A stretch of 49,629 nucleotides of DNA, from assembly GCA_000320545.1 (NCBI GenBank), contig ADNK01002966.1, positions 1-49,629 on the forward strand. Reading direction: 5' to 3'. The notes below the pieces were generated by a model that saw only the letters and a program-made list of their open reading frames with translations, was not told the DNA's origin and did no database searches. The translations under genes and the position numbers were made by a program. Origin of the DNA: Bigelowiella natans CCMP2755. Its lineage: Eukaryota > Protista > Cercozoa. Position 1 is the first letter of the stretch. Each line of letters begins with the position of its first letter. Positions 11,444 to 25,509 of this stretch are shown here, one piece after another.

Positions 11444-13425
11444 ATGTTCGTGCGTTCCCGTACTAAAAGAGAGGAATCTTCTAGTCGCGATGATAAAATG
11501 CCGGGTGTTTACGTAGAAAACGTGGGTGATTTTGCCCTTCCTAGGCAGATGCAAAACCCATCGCTCTTTCCGAACCCCATCGTCGGCTCTTCATCGCCCG
11601 TACGAAGCTCTTTGAAGAGGAAGTTGGATGCGGAGTTCGTTCTTAATGAAAAACCATGCTGGCCATTCCGATCCAAGGAAGAAGTATGCGTGCCTTGCGT
11701 CACCCCTTTCGAGGATCTCTGGGAAAACGATGAAACGCTATCATCGAGCTTCAACGACGAAAGAAAACGATGCGAGCGAAACCTGCAAGCCCTCAAAAAG
11801 GCAAAGGTTCGGGAAGACGAAAAATTCTACAAAGCTCGAAATGAAATACTTAAAAAAGAGTTAAAAGAGGCTGGGAAAAGGCAACGAGAGGCAGAAGAAA
11901 AAATGACAAAGATGATAGCTGAGATTTCCAAATGGAGCAAGACCATAGCAGCAAGAGATGTTAGAATAAAGAATTTAGAGGCAGAACTGTGTGAAGAGGG
12001 AAGATCAGCAGCAAGATATAAGAAGATGCACTTAAAACTCAAACTACAAAGCATCAAAAACCGTCAGATCAAAGTACAATTTGTTCACTTTTAGCACTTA
12101 TGTACGCATATTAACGAATTGATTTATTGCAGGGCAATGTGTGGAGCTTCATCGCGGGCATTGGTGAAAATACTTACCCTCCCAGCATCCAGAGTAGGTT
12201 GAACGCAAAATGGAGAGAGCTACTCGATCAAAAAACGGGCACCGTAATGATTAGTTTGGATAATGGGAAAAAATACTCCATTGATTTCTTAAGTATGACC
12301 CAAAAGAACAACAAAACTGGATGTCGCCGACGCATAAAGATGACAACGATTAAGAACTTATTCGATGGGAAGTGGACAAGGACGTGGGAATGCAACATCG
12401 GCAACTCCATGTTAGAATGGGTCGCATACTCGAGTGCCATTCAAAAGAAGCTACGCGCGGAATATGAGAAAACCTTCACTTTCTCTGCAGTCATGAACGA
12501 GCGGAAGTTCGAAGTGGACTTGAACGAAATGACACATAGATTTGAGGGTATGTCAGTGGATGTATACAAAGTGGTGTATTCCAAGTGTAAACTCGACTGT
12601 AGTCATCTCCCGGAAGCCACTGTCCCTTCTGTATCTGGCAAAGATGGTCTATCAAAACGACCAATTTCTACCCAATCATTGGGGGGACGTGTTTCGCGTT
12701 GTCTGACAAATTTGACCACTTATCTCTCAACGAGCAGTCGAAGGCGGGCAGCCTACGCAACTAAGTCAGAACCACTTATCTCTCAACGAGCAGTCGGGCA
12801 GCCTACACAGCCAAGTCTGAGCTTCTCGTCGAGAATACAAATGCCCTCAATTGCTTGCGAGCCTCTGGGGCAAAAAATGCGCACACTGACCTCATCAAGC
12901 TCTATCTCAGAGGATGGGAGTGAATATGGCTTCGTGTTCGGCCAGTTTTTCCTCAACTGCAGGAACTCTCTGAAGAAGAGAGTTAATATTACCAGGATTG
13001 ATGCTTTCGAAACCCCGAAATTGACATCGCAATATCTGATGATGAAGACTAAAATAGAGAAGGATCTAATGCATGAAGGATTGCTGAACGAGGAGATGTG
13101 GGTTTACCACGGAACGAAGCCCAATTTTATAAAGAGCATCATGTCTGATGGCTTCAAAATCGGGGGGCTGGACGTTACGAAGGCCAATGGGAACACCTAT
13201 GGCTTCGGCGTCTACACGTCAAAAACTCCCTCGGACCCAATTTATTACGCGTCGGTCGGGCGAGATCGAAATCAAAGGAAACAGGGGATGATCATCATGG
13301 CTCGATCGATATTGGGGAAAAGGGATGTGCATTCATGGAGCCCCCCCAAACACAAAGATTGGATGGTGTTTCGAAGGTCAGAGCAGGTGCTGCCCTGCTA
13401 CGTGGTTCACTACGAGTTTTCCTGA
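11444..13425 (+). CDS. Coiled-coil - WWE - WWE - PARP-catalytic (ADP-ribosyltransferase) protein
   Basis: The 216-aa and 432-aa ORFs join in frame across a 59-nt GT-AG intron (12074-12132). WWE: VWSF...YPPSIQSRL...YSIDFLSMTQKNNKTGCRRRIK, and TWEC...WVAYSSAIQKKL...FEVDLNEM. PARP: VYHGT...IMSDGF...YGFGVYTS...YA...ARSILGK...VF...QVLPCYVVHY. The start may be a later ATG (MPGVYV). Confidence 0.88.
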
Positions 13426-14209
13426 GGAGAACGAAGACGCTTTCAAGCGTCATAACAGCTGTTTGTGATATTATTTTTAAAGACGACAGCCAATGCAATC
13501 AAACTAGTGCATGGCTGCCATAGCCATGTCCAGTGTTGCAGTCGTAATCTTTCATTACATTTGCTACTACACGCACATGTATGCATACATGCCCGGCTGG
13601 TGGCTATATAGTCTTGCATACATGTGCTTCATTTCCTGGAGAATTTGAAAGATATAAAGATGTCGACATTTTGATCGCATGATTACCTCTAGCTAGACCT
13701 GGTCACTTGTCAGTTTCTACTGTGGATGTGAGCAAATGCAATGTGTCAATTGACATTCTCGCATGCTGGGCTATATATGTGTACGCTAGCACGTACGTGT
13801 ACTTATAATTACGCTCGCACATCTAGCTAGAGCTCTTTGCATGCATGCTATGTGCACGTAGCATGCTGAACAAAACCATCTTGAGCATTTCCCACTAGAG
13901 TATGAATGCCATGCTACACATGTGCACTAATAGAAAGATTGTTGAGACTAAGTCTCTCAACGATTGCGTCACAAAAGCACTAGCACATCGGTAATCTATC
14001 TACGCCATCTAGCTATGTGCACTACAGACTACTGTGCGTTTTAGTCGTTGCGCGAACATGCGCTTAGAGACTATCTGAAATTTGCTTTCGATCAGTCGCT
14101 GTGTGATATGCACGTAACACTAGCACATATGAGCGAGCACCTACACATTACAATTTGAAACAAACATGGCACCCCCTCTGCAAGGCGCAAAAAATGCGCA
14201 TATGCGATG

Positions 14210-15700
14210 TCATTGGTCCTTCTTCTTCTTTGAATCTGGGGGCAGGACATCGCCCGTCCTTGCCTTTGTATCATTGCCGCTATGCTGGTCCCGCCTCCCC
14301 CCACTACAATCACCGCATACAAGCGCGATTAAGACCCCTAGAATGAGCAGGACGCAAACTACGAGCACAAAAGGAACAACAAAGACCGCGCCCATATGCG
14401 CCATGGCAAGCCCACGAATCGCTTTGTCCCCCTTTATGTCTGCAATCACATCGGTCTCTTCACCCTGTGAAGTACCAGAATAGCGCATAGTAAATAACGG
14501 TGATTGGTAAGCTCCAAAACAGGGGAAATTGACGTCAGAAGCTTCATACCTGTATCCAAAAGTCGAAAGAGTCTCCGCCAACGACCGGCTATAGAAAGGA
14601 CGTGATGGTCAGTGAGAAGAATGACTTGGTGAGAAGAGCTATGGGCGGCGCTTCTAAATTCGCACCAGATGCACATACAAAACATGGCCGCATCCATGCA
14701 CAACGAATTCGCAACTAGTACAAACAGTGATGGAGAAAGAACGCTGGGCTTAGATGGAAAAATTGTCAGAACCGCTGTCACATTTCTAGTCATATCCATT
14801 AATAATGTGTTACGATGCGGCAAATTTACAAGTATACTATTTGGAACATTGTATTGCCGCACATCTATCTTCTTGTCCTGGCCAGCCTCTTCCCCCTTTA
14901 AAAATGTCGCAAGGTTTGCATATCTAGACGCCGTCTTGAGATCTATGGTGAAGAGTTTATCCTTTGGAATAGTGTGCTCGACTGCCTCGTGCCATCTATC
15001 GTAAATGCCTTTAGCCAGCTCCCCATCCACGCATACGTCCTCGAAAGAGGCGAGCGGAGAGCCAGCAAACGCAGCGAATTTTTTCTGAACAACAGCATCC
15101 ATCAAAGGCAGGGCCTTGTCGACTCGTGTAAAGGGGAAAAAGGGAAATTTCCGTACGATTTCTTGATACCTAGGAACATAATAAAGGGAGAAGGCATTGC
15201 AACAACTCAGTATTACAAGCACAAGTACCAACCACAAGGCGGAGCTCAATTCGAATAAAGGTGGGAAAAAGGAGGCGGCTTTATTCCTTCCTCTTTCCAA
15301 CTAAATAGAGGCATTTGTGTAATTTTTTTTTTAAATCAAGCCCCCATCGATAGGGGCCACCAGAGCGCCACTTTCTCCAACAAAATCATCACGTTGAAAC
15401 AGGATTCGACAGAACGAAGGGGACTGCATGGCAGTCGTGCTCACCAAAGCCCGGAGCGCAGCTTGCAGGTGGAGGAGTTGAAACTCTCGAACCATTCACT
15501 TGCAGGCCGCTTGGTCACTATGAATTTCGCTTTGGGAAACAACCGTAGCATTTCTCTGGGGAACGATGAGATCGGAAAGCCAACGCCGGAGCGGAACTCT
15601 GATAACATGTCGCGAAGGCCGTCGCTGACGCTTTCGTCGCTTTCCTCTCCGTTAGCTGCCGAGAGCCACTTTTCGATGTGTCCCGATGTGCTGATACCTA

Positions 15701-15746
<46 letters not shown>

Positions 15747-16140
15747 GGGGGGGGGGAAAAAAATAAGCAATTCGGGGAAACCAGAGAGGGGGGGGGGTGG
15801 CGTCGCACTGCTCGTTTCGGGGTAGTTTTGTTTGCTCAAAGAGTGAAATGAAGCTCGGGTGGAAGTCTCTGAAGCTTCCACGCTTTCTTAAAATGCCCCT
15901 CCCAGGTGCCCCACCCTCGTTCCAGCCGCAGCTGCAATTGGCGATGATATCGTCACTGCCCCACTGACCAGATTCCTCCACCATCATCTCCTTAATGGTG
16001 TACACGGGTCCGTATCCCAAGTGCTCGAGCGCCTCCTTAAGCGAATCTGTCCCGGAGCGATCTGGCGAAAGCCCAACCACCTCCAAACCGTTGACCTTGG
16101 CGGCAAGGGGCAGGGTGAGGAGGAGCACGTAGATCATCAT
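14210..16140 (-). CDS. Spliced sulfotransferase-family (P-loop, Sulfotransfer_4-like) protein with signal peptide and probable C-terminal TM helix
   Basis: MMIYVLLLTLPLAAKVNG signal peptide; LEVVGLSPDRSGTDSLKEALEHLGYGPVY (PAPS-loop-like); FPKAKFIVTKRPASEWFESF; YDRWHEAVEHTIPKDKL. Joining to the hydrophobic 14581-14210 segment is inferred. Confidence 0.7.
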
Positions 16141-17429
16141 CGTGCGAGCAGAGCTCTCTGTGACTATGAAGACTTTGGTGTGGTTCCTCGAATTGTTCAT
16201 TGGGAAAATATTTTTGGATCTTTTCTGTTATAATGTTCGCATCAAGTGAACGGAGACTGATTCTCCCGACGAGAATCGCGGCACGAACCCGTGGGAGCCA
16301 GAAATCGAGTGGCCGACAAAACATCTCATGTTTTTGGTCTGCGTCATGCTAAGTTGGTGAACATGAGTCTTGTTTTCGTTGGAACTTCCGAGGAAGAAAG
16401 ATGTCGAAATTGAAATGCAGTTCATCATCATTGTTCATTGTTCATTGAAATGCCAGAGCAGAAAGACACTCCGATGTGCGTCATTGACAAGTCCATGGCT
16501 GGGGAGAGCCAAACAGCTAGACAGCCAGCATTGCTAGATTGGTGTGCAGCGGGCATGAGTGCGCACAGATCAGATCGAATGGTCTGATCAACACGTGCGA
16601 TGCATGCGCATGTGACCACCAGTCTGGATGACACCCATCGATCTAGCTAGCCATCTGACATGCTGCGCTGCATGGTGCACTTCATCTCTGCAGTTCTGGG
16701 CTTGTGCAGTGTCGCACGCACAGCAGCAGCGCGCTTCAGGAGTCATTCTGGCGTGGCATTTGACGAAGCTTTCGGTGCATTTTGCAAAAAGACCATTTCT
16801 AGATCTCTAGATCTAGCTACATGGAGATGCGTTGTCAATGCCGAGTAATGGTAGTGTTTCAGGCCGTGCTGGCATGTGCACGCACTCTTGCGATGCGATG
16901 ACACCATGCTAGCTAGCATGTCAACCCATCTAGCTAGCTAGCTTGCAGAAACATGCATCGATGTGACACATTGCACCAACAAGATCAACACAGTGCACTA
17001 CATGTCGTGCACATGGCGACATGCTAGCATGTGTGATGACTGAACACTGTGCAAATGTGGATGCAAATGTGCACTAGTCCACAACAATAAGCCAAGCCCA
17101 TCTGCCCAATTGCTAACACCTAAAGCCATGCACAACAGCATGCACTTTGCGCTGCGCGTGCAGAGTCTGATGCTAATTAGAGAACAATTGCGTTTATTGA
17201 TAAGTAGATTTCTAGCTATCAATCACGACAACTGTGAAAATCCCAGAAAAGGCCTTCTATCAGGAGTGCTATTTAATATTGCTCTCGTCATGAAAAAGCC
17301 TTAGATCGCGTTGCATCAATAGGCAGGAATCACATCAGATTACATCCCTTGCTCTCGTCTACGACAAAATGGTCTTCATTACCCTCAGCTATGGGAGCAG
17401 GCCGATACTACACATAAAGCAACATGAAG

Positions 17430-19500
17430 GAAGTCAATTACCAAGAAGCCTCCTCCACAAAATATGGAGGAAACAGTGCGACGACGCTAGTGAGTAGGAA
17501 ATAGAAACCCTTTAGACGCAGATGTGCCATGCAAACACACACAAACACACCGAAACACACCGATGTACATAAATATATATATATATATATATATATACAC
17601 ATGTAATATGTTATAGATAAACAAAAAAGACTCATTATTCCTGACCATGTTCCCATCCTCTCCTATGTAATCATCACAGCGGGGAGAAACTATAGATCTC
17701 GCCCAAGATGATATATCCTGAACCTGTAAGAAGAGGTCAGTAGTACACATCAGGAGCTGCTATCCTGGCGCTGGCATCCAAACTCGATTCGTTCCGAAAT
17801 TTTCCCAACTCGTAAAAAAAGAACCACCCCAGAAACACACAGCTGAGAGCGGCGTTCTCGCAGGGAAAAACCACACACACCAGCATTGTGGGGGAGACCT
17901 TCATTGCTACTTCCCAAAAAGTAATTTCATCTTTTCAATACTCCCCGCCTCCACCCTCCACCCACACACACACACACACACATACACACACACATCCACG
18001 CACTGCACACTACGCACTCACCGTGCCGAGGAGCTTCTCCGGGCGTTTCGTAACGCTATGAAACTGCACGCGGCACATCAGCCTACACCATTTCAGAGAC
18101 GAAGGGCTTGGACGAGAGGGTGTCGGAGCCGCCGTTTCGTCGGTAAGGCGGCGCATTCTTCCCCCACACGTCTCCGGCTGGGACTCCATAGCCCCACCAG
18201 CGCCATGCCGCTGCCTGCTGTTATGCGCGGGTGCGTGGGGAATAGACTTCGCCTTCTCTGAGCCTTTTTTCATCATCATCATCAGCATTGGCTTCCCTCG
18301 CTTTTCGCGCCCATTTCTAGCGTCCTCTCGCGACGAAGGTGCCTTCTGCCTCTCCCCACCTCCCAGCCTCGCAGCTGCTCTTCCACAGCTGTTTCGATCG
18401 GGACCGGTTTCACGCGCGCCATCATCACTTTGGCCGTTAAGGAAGCTGGCATGCTGTGGGGCGACCGTCGCAGCATCAGAAGAGGAGAGGGTTTTCATCT
18501 TCCATCCATCCATCGCCGACCTGATCTCGGTGCTGATTGGTTTGTGTGTTCTCCCCCGTGCTGCTGCTGAAAAGGCACCAAGTCTCGGTGCGTGTATTCA
18601 TTTGAGAAGGACCTCCAGCAGAGGCCCTTGTCATCTGGGGGGGGGGGGACGAAAAGCAGTCACCTCTCAATGCCGACTACGAGAAGGAAGAGGGGGAGGA
18701 AGAAGGATAAGATGAGCAAAGCAGGAACCTTTCTATCGGCAGGGTGAATCCTTTTCGTAAATTCCTCGAAAGATGACAAGGGCCTCTGCTGGAGGTCCTT
18801 CTCAAATGAATACACGCACCGAGACTTGGTGCCTTTTCAGCAGCAGCACGGGGGAGAACACACAAACCAATCAGCACCGAGATCAGGTCGGCGATGGATG
18901 GATGGAAGATGAAAACCCTCTCCTCTTCTCGAGGACAACGCATGTATATATATATATATATATATATATATGTTATATAAATATGTATACAGCCGTTGCT
19001 TGTCGCTGCTACTACTACCTCGATCTCTCAGCCAAGGGACTAACCCGAGGATTTTGCGAGATTTGCTGCTCCACCACAGCTCTCCAGAGCTGCAGTTGAA
19101 CGCCCACTCACCGACACGCAAGGACCTTCTCATCTGCAGGGTGAGGGGGGGAGGGGGCAGTGCACGTCAGCTATGTGCTGGGAAGAGGAAGAGGTAGCGG
19201 TGCCGTAAGCGAAAAGGCCAATTTGGATTGTGACTGTCCTGTCTGCTTTATTGCTATATGGGGACGAGCGAGCGTATTTCCCTAGCTATCAACGGAAGAA
19301 GCTCCTCCTACCTTGCGCCGCATAGACTCCCAGCGGCCTCGATCAATGAAGTGCGGGTGCGTGTGAGAGTAAAAATCAGGGGTAGGGTGAGGAGGACGCT
19401 GCTGTGCAGAAGGATTCGCAGCCGTGAGCGGGGGCGAGCTTCCGGCCCCGCTGTTGCTTGTTTTTGGCGTAATATCCGTCCCAGTCAAAGCCCGTGGTCC
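17430..19500 (-). CDS. Possible spliced hypothetical gene (unresolved)
   Basis: Short exon-like blocks bounded by AG/GT, e.g. ttacag|VQDISSWARSIVSPRCDDYIGEDGNM|gtcag, separated by microsatellite-rich intron-like DNA. No family recognised; boundaries approximate. Confidence 0.25.
18478..18929. repeat. Perfect 159-bp inverted repeat with 134-bp spacer
   Basis: 18478-18636 is the reverse complement of 18771-18929, with no mismatch seen by eye. Confidence 0.93.
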
Positions 19501-19734
19501 TGATGTTCGAAGACAAGAAATGGACAAAATCCGGGGCGGGGGGGGGGGGGGGGGAGAGGGGTATATGTTTACCAGTTAAGAGAAGGGCTGCTGTGTTTCT
19601 GCTCCTACTACGACAAAGGTTTCTATTGGCCATTCCCATCGTCATCATCATCATCATTATCATCATCATCATTATCATCATCATCATTATCATCATGGTG
19701 GACGTGTTCACACACACACTCACACACACACCCC

Positions 19735-19772
<38 letters not shown>

Positions 19773-22700
19773 ACACTGCCGTTCACGATTGCCATTGCAG
19801 CGCTCCGCTCAAAGCTTTATTTTTTGGATTTCGGGGGGTGGTGGTTATTGTTTCCGCATGGTCCATTTGCAACCCTCCCCGAAAAGGTTTTGGGGGAGTG
19901 AAAGGAGGCCGAGCGGTTTGTTTCTTGGTCCTCCCCCCTCTCGCATCTCTTCCATTATGATCTCCGACGACGTCTTTTACGGAAGCTGCGTGTTCCAGAT
20001 AAACCCCGCTCTTTTCGGTGATAAGGCTTGATGGAGATCCCCAGCTGCCTGCTTACAAAGAGATTGGAACGAGGTAAGTATCGTCAGTATAGCACCGTTG
20101 GAAAGAATGGGGCGGGGGGGGGGGGCTAATCGTAGAATGTACACGTTTCCGTCAAGAGTGTTTTCCATTTTTTCCGCATCATTTGCCACCTGCTGTTTGT
20201 AGGAATTTCGCTCAGATCAAACGATGGGACACGAGGCCTCTCATGCTCCCCCCATGTCTTCTTCGGCGATGAGAGCAGCGATGATGGCGACATCCTCGAA
20301 ATGAATCGAGAGCTGAGCGAAATTTAGCATTCGATATTAATGATCAGGAGGCATCTTGAACATGTGAGTGCATGTGCATACGATAAAACCTCCCCAAAGG
20401 CGATTTCTTCGTCCCCCCCCGCCGCCTTCATCGCACGCTCTCACAAGATTCCCCTTGTCTTCTAGTACCAGAACGGTGAGGCAACGAGCGTGTCCTTACT
20501 CCTATTTCGATCGCTTTCCAATAGATCTGCCTCGTTTTTCAAGAACAGCGGCACGCTGATCACGCTATCAAAGCTTTGGTTTTTCTTCCTCAGGACCGAA
20601 GCGCGCTCGCCTTTCGAGCTGTAATCACTATTGCCGGGTTTCTCATCAATTTGGCTGTTTTCGTAGCACGCAAAGTCCCCATTCGGTAGAAGCTGCGGGC
20701 AGCCCCCTTCCCACATCGCCTTCTTCTTGTCAAACGATACCTGTTGTGGTGTATGTGGCCTTTCCCTCTTGGGACTATCATTTGCATCTTATGTGTTGTC
20801 GATCTCGTTTGGAGGGAGTCGGAATAACGGAGCATTTGAAGCAGGGTTTGCCATCGGACTTTCTAAAGTGTACCTTATTTCTCGGGCCAACCAACGCAGG
20901 GGGCGTCGGTTTCATCTATTACCAACAGGCAGGAGGGCTTTGGCTACTCCGCTGGTCTGACAAACGGAACGCAAAGGAGGGTGGGGTTATTAGATGAATT
21001 CATTCATATTCGTTGGAGCGCAGGTGGCAGTTCAGCAAGGCCAGTCGAGACCTATAGAAGATCTTTGGGAGAGAGGAGAAGGGGAAAGAAATAGAGCGCA
21101 ACGGGAAATTCGATCTTCCAGCGCAGTGAAAACCAAGAGAGAAGAAGGGGGGTTCCCCGCAAGGAATGGCGAGCTTGCCCAAAGCCCCCTTCCCGAAATC
21201 TCCTCAAAAGAGAAACGGTGCGGCGGAAAGTGGGTTGGTGCAGTTGACCACTGTGAAACAGAGAAGAAGAACCCTCTCTCTCCTCCCGGCCCCGATGCGT
21301 TGATCTTCTCTTTTCTCTTGCCTTCAAAGAGAAAAGTCGAAACCTGCTACCGCTCGCTTCCGTTAAAGCCCAGTTTTCAGACGTAAACCTCTTCCCGTTC
21401 GCCAAGTTTCCGGCCGAGAAACAGATCGATTCGCCCCTGCGACATGGAAAAAAAGAATTTGCGATTCGAAAATGAGACGGATTTTGGCCTGGCTTCTTTG
21501 GCAGGCAAGAGAGCAGAGAAAGATACCCCCCTGTGCAATAAGAGAACTGGTGGGACAATACTTACAAAACTTTCTTGTTTTTCTTAACTAAAGGGGATTA
21601 TATTGAATGTCGCATTCGGCATTCCCAATGCATTTTGCTTGTATATTATTGTAAGGCGATTATTGCGTGGTCATTTTCCCGCCAAGCGAACCTATTTGCA
21701 AATGCGACATGGGTAGACTTCTTTAGGAAGTCGCATCAGCAAAATCCTGGCACTTTCACTTAAAACTTTACTAAGAGTGAGATGTTCTTTTTCCCTGTGT
21801 AAATCCCTTCCATTTTTGTTGCATTCACGCATCATTTTGTTGTCGCAAACAACAACGCTTTTTCGGATGCCCAAATCTCATCCTCTCACGTTCAATGCCA
21901 CCTTTGTCAGCTTGCAATTGCCTTTGTGGTCTTCCTCTACGGGTGCCTTGCGTTTTCCAGGACGACAGTTGTGAAGAAACTTTTGAGGATTGACCGACAA
22001 CATCTCTGGTCAACTTCGATCACACACAAGCAGACAAGCTTGACCTGTGGCCTCGAACAAGTTGACGATGCATTGTTTTTGCAGGGCGGTCACCTTCACG
22101 TGGGCGTGCTTCCTCGGTGTTGCACTTGTTGCAACTGCTCATTCTGCGTGACCCAGTCGACGGGCCTTGGCAAGTCCCAGTCGTCATCGGAATTGCAGCT
22201 TCAGTTGACCCCCCTCCTAGCCTGCTCTGGCTAGCTGGTGCTCCCCACAGCAAGCAGAACAGCCAGACAGGCTTGCACGATGAGCTAGCGAGTGGTGTTC
22301 TTTGGTGGCCATTCAGACTACACCAATGTTCTTGTCTCTGTCCTCTTGTCCTTTGTGCGCGGGCTTGCAATTGCTGGACGTGCAGCCGCAAAGATGAAAC
22401 CAGGAAAGCGCAGATGACCAACACACATGCGTGATGTGCGCGCATGACGTGTGCCAGCATGGCATGGTCGCTGACTTGCGCTCATCCTGCACCCGAAATT
22501 GCACGTGTTGCAGCTGGAGTGGATGTGCACACGAGCTCACATTGCACCGCATCTCACACATGCATTGACATCATTGTCTAGAGGTGCTTGCTTTTGCTTG
22601 CACGCACAGATGGAGCTCGCAGAGAGCTGAAATGGTTTGGTGTTGAATGCTACACACAGCTAGACAAGTAGCTAGCTAGCTAGCTAGACAACATGCTGAA

Positions 22701-22866
22701 ACGGAATGATGGAGAGTTCTGTAGTTGCTCTTGCTGACATCAGTTGAACAATCTAGTAATCTGTGATTTCATCCTCGCATCATTCGACTGTAGACAATGC
22801 ATGTGCCATGTGCATAGAAAGCTGTACGTACACGCGCGCGCCGCGCCCATTCATCTTTAATAATTT

Positions 22867-22945
22867 CGTGATCAAAATTTGTTAATGTCGCACCCACACC
22901 TAGAGCGTGATCAAAATTTGTTAATTTCGCACCCACACCTAGAGC
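22867..22945. repeat. 39-bp direct tandem duplication
   Basis: cgtgatcaaaatttgttaat(g/t)tcgcacccacacctagag twice, one mismatch. Confidence 0.9.
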
Positions 22946-22972
22946 CGTGTAGTGGTTTGCCGCCCCCCCCGC

Positions 22973-23535
22973 CTACTCTTCCCTCATCGGTTTACTGAGA
23001 GGCAACAGCGAGTAGCCATAGAAATAGTAGACGATAAAGCTGAAAGCCGCCGTTAGCATGAGGAAGTACCCTGCAGCAAGTGGGATACTGTCCTTGGCTA
23101 ATTCCACCCAAGCAGGGCCTAGCCCTCCAAAAATCATGATGCTCGTGTTGTAGCCTAGACCCACCCCACGATGGCGAGCTTTGGGATGAAAGATGTCAGA
23201 GGAGAGCAGGTTAGAGGTCGTCCCCAGAGCTCCGGATACGATGCCGAAGAGTATGCCTGGGCCAAGCACGATGACTGGCAGTGATAACGAATCATCTAGC
23301 AGTGCGTATATCGGATAGCCAGCTACGAGACAAGCCCCTGCAATAACAACGACAGCCAAGCTTCGGGGTGAGTGTGTGTGTGTGTGTGGCGGGGAGGGGG
23401 GGGGTGATAGGTAGTGTGTGCCAATGAAATAAACACAAATCTCCGCAGAGTCAAGGAACAGCTCTTACCACTCACGCAGCATGCATTATTAATCCCAGAG
23501 GGCGACGGTGCAGTCACACCATTCACATACACACA

Positions 23536-23575
<40 letters not shown>

Positions 23576-25470
23576 CACACACTATACACGCATACACGCA
23601 TACACGCACACACACACACAAACACACACAAGCCACGCACCTAAAACAGCTGGGAAAACAGATCGAAGGCCATATCGGTCAACCAGATACCCGAAATAGA
23701 TAGACGTGGGAAGCTGCACGGCATTCTGCAGCACTGCAATCCATAAAATGTCCACCATTGTCTTCGAATCACGAGCTGTAGCCTGGAAGAAGGGGCGGGA
23801 GGGGAAGGGGGGGGGGGGAGGGATGGAATTGTGAAAACAACGTCGGTGACAGGTCTACTTCCTCCTCTCTTCATCATACTTCTTCGATTCTCAGTGAGTG
23901 ATTTTCAAGGGTAGTTCGGCCGCGCTGCTTTTTCTTATGCTTGTGCTTGCGTTTGTGTTTGTGTTTGTGTTTGTGCTGCGGTTGCGTAGTAGCAGGATGC
24001 GAAGGGGACATTGAGAGCCAAGAAGGAAAAAAGAAAGGTGCTAATCTCAGAGCTGTTGGGGGAGAAGATAATTCCTCTATTTCGAGTGAAATGAATACGA
24101 CGATGACGATGATGATGATGATGATGATGGTGGTTATTCATTATCACAGCGATATCGATTGTAGCTATATATTCGCAGAACCGCACTTGATTGCGGCGTT
24201 GTGGGTTTATCAGCTGACGACGTTGTTACCTTATCTAATCGGATCCAGTCAAAGATGTACACGCATCCGACATACCAGAAAGCAGCAGACCCTGCCATCA
24301 TCGCGAATAAGGCCACGATCGCCGGCGTGCTACGATGGAGGAGAAGATGAACAGGGCGGGGGAAAAGAGATATAGTCAAATCAGGAGAGAGAAAAATAGA
24401 CTCCGTGAGTGGGGGGGGGGAGGAGGCTGAGGAATAATCCAAAAGCAGCGGGGTGGCTGGTGATGACATCTACTACACGATTCGCATTTTCATAAGCAGC
24501 AGCAGCAGCAGCACTTCCGACTTCTCTCTATCTCTCTCCCCCTCCTTTCCTGGCCCCCTCTCTGATTCACCAATGGCATTTATCGTCACCTTTTACTCAG
24601 GGCATTGTCTCCGTGCAGCTGCTGTCTGGGTGTTGGTGGTACTGAGTTTTCGTCTAACCTCACGTGATTATCCCCTCCAGCAGCGCCATCAACTGAACTT
24701 TTATCATCATCGCTAACCTCCACGGCATTGTATTTGACTTCTTTCTCGAAAACGGTTGTTTCGTCGATCTGGTAAATGGGCGGGGGGGGGGGGGGGAGGA
24801 TAATGATGGTGATGATGATGACGATTCTGCTAAGGATATGCAGATCATGAGGCAGGAGAATGTTATTGTATAAAACTAGAAATTTTCGTCCGAACAGCTT
24901 CAGGTTTATCACCATATCTCCAGGGGGGGAAAACCAACACGCTATTGACTTCTCTTTATTATCCTCCCCCCCCCGGTCATCCCCATCTTCATTTCTCTCA
25001 CCGTGTTCAGAAGATACAGCACCAACACTCCCCGGTATCAAAGCTAGTAGAAACGGCAAACCCCATCCCCAGTCATAGATCTCATTTCGAGAAAGACCTA
25101 AATTTGAATACACATTTCCCACATGAAGGGGGTGGGGGGGGATGGAACTGAGAAGGTAGAGCCGCATTAACGATGACGATGAACCTCAAAACGAAATCAA
25201 GGCAATTCAGTATATTATTTATCTGAAACCAGAGTGCTGATCCTTTCTCTTCTCCCTCTTCTTCTTCTTCTTCTCTCTTCTCCCTCCCTCTTCTGATCTC
25301 CCCTGTTATCTACCCGATGAATGCAATGCCGCTGCGACGAAAGACGCAAACATGAAACCCAGCCCGGACGATGCGGATAGGAGCCCTGTCACAAGAGCAT
25401 TCCCAATTTTGAATGATGATGATGATGGTGATGGTGATGGTGGTGGTGATACATGGCGGAAAGGACGTAG

Positions 25471-25509
<39 letters not shown>

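Noticed and set aside
19900-21560. Possible gene(s) suggested by splice-like signals and short hydrophobic ORFs
   Set aside because: I could not build a consistent reading frame or recognise any family.
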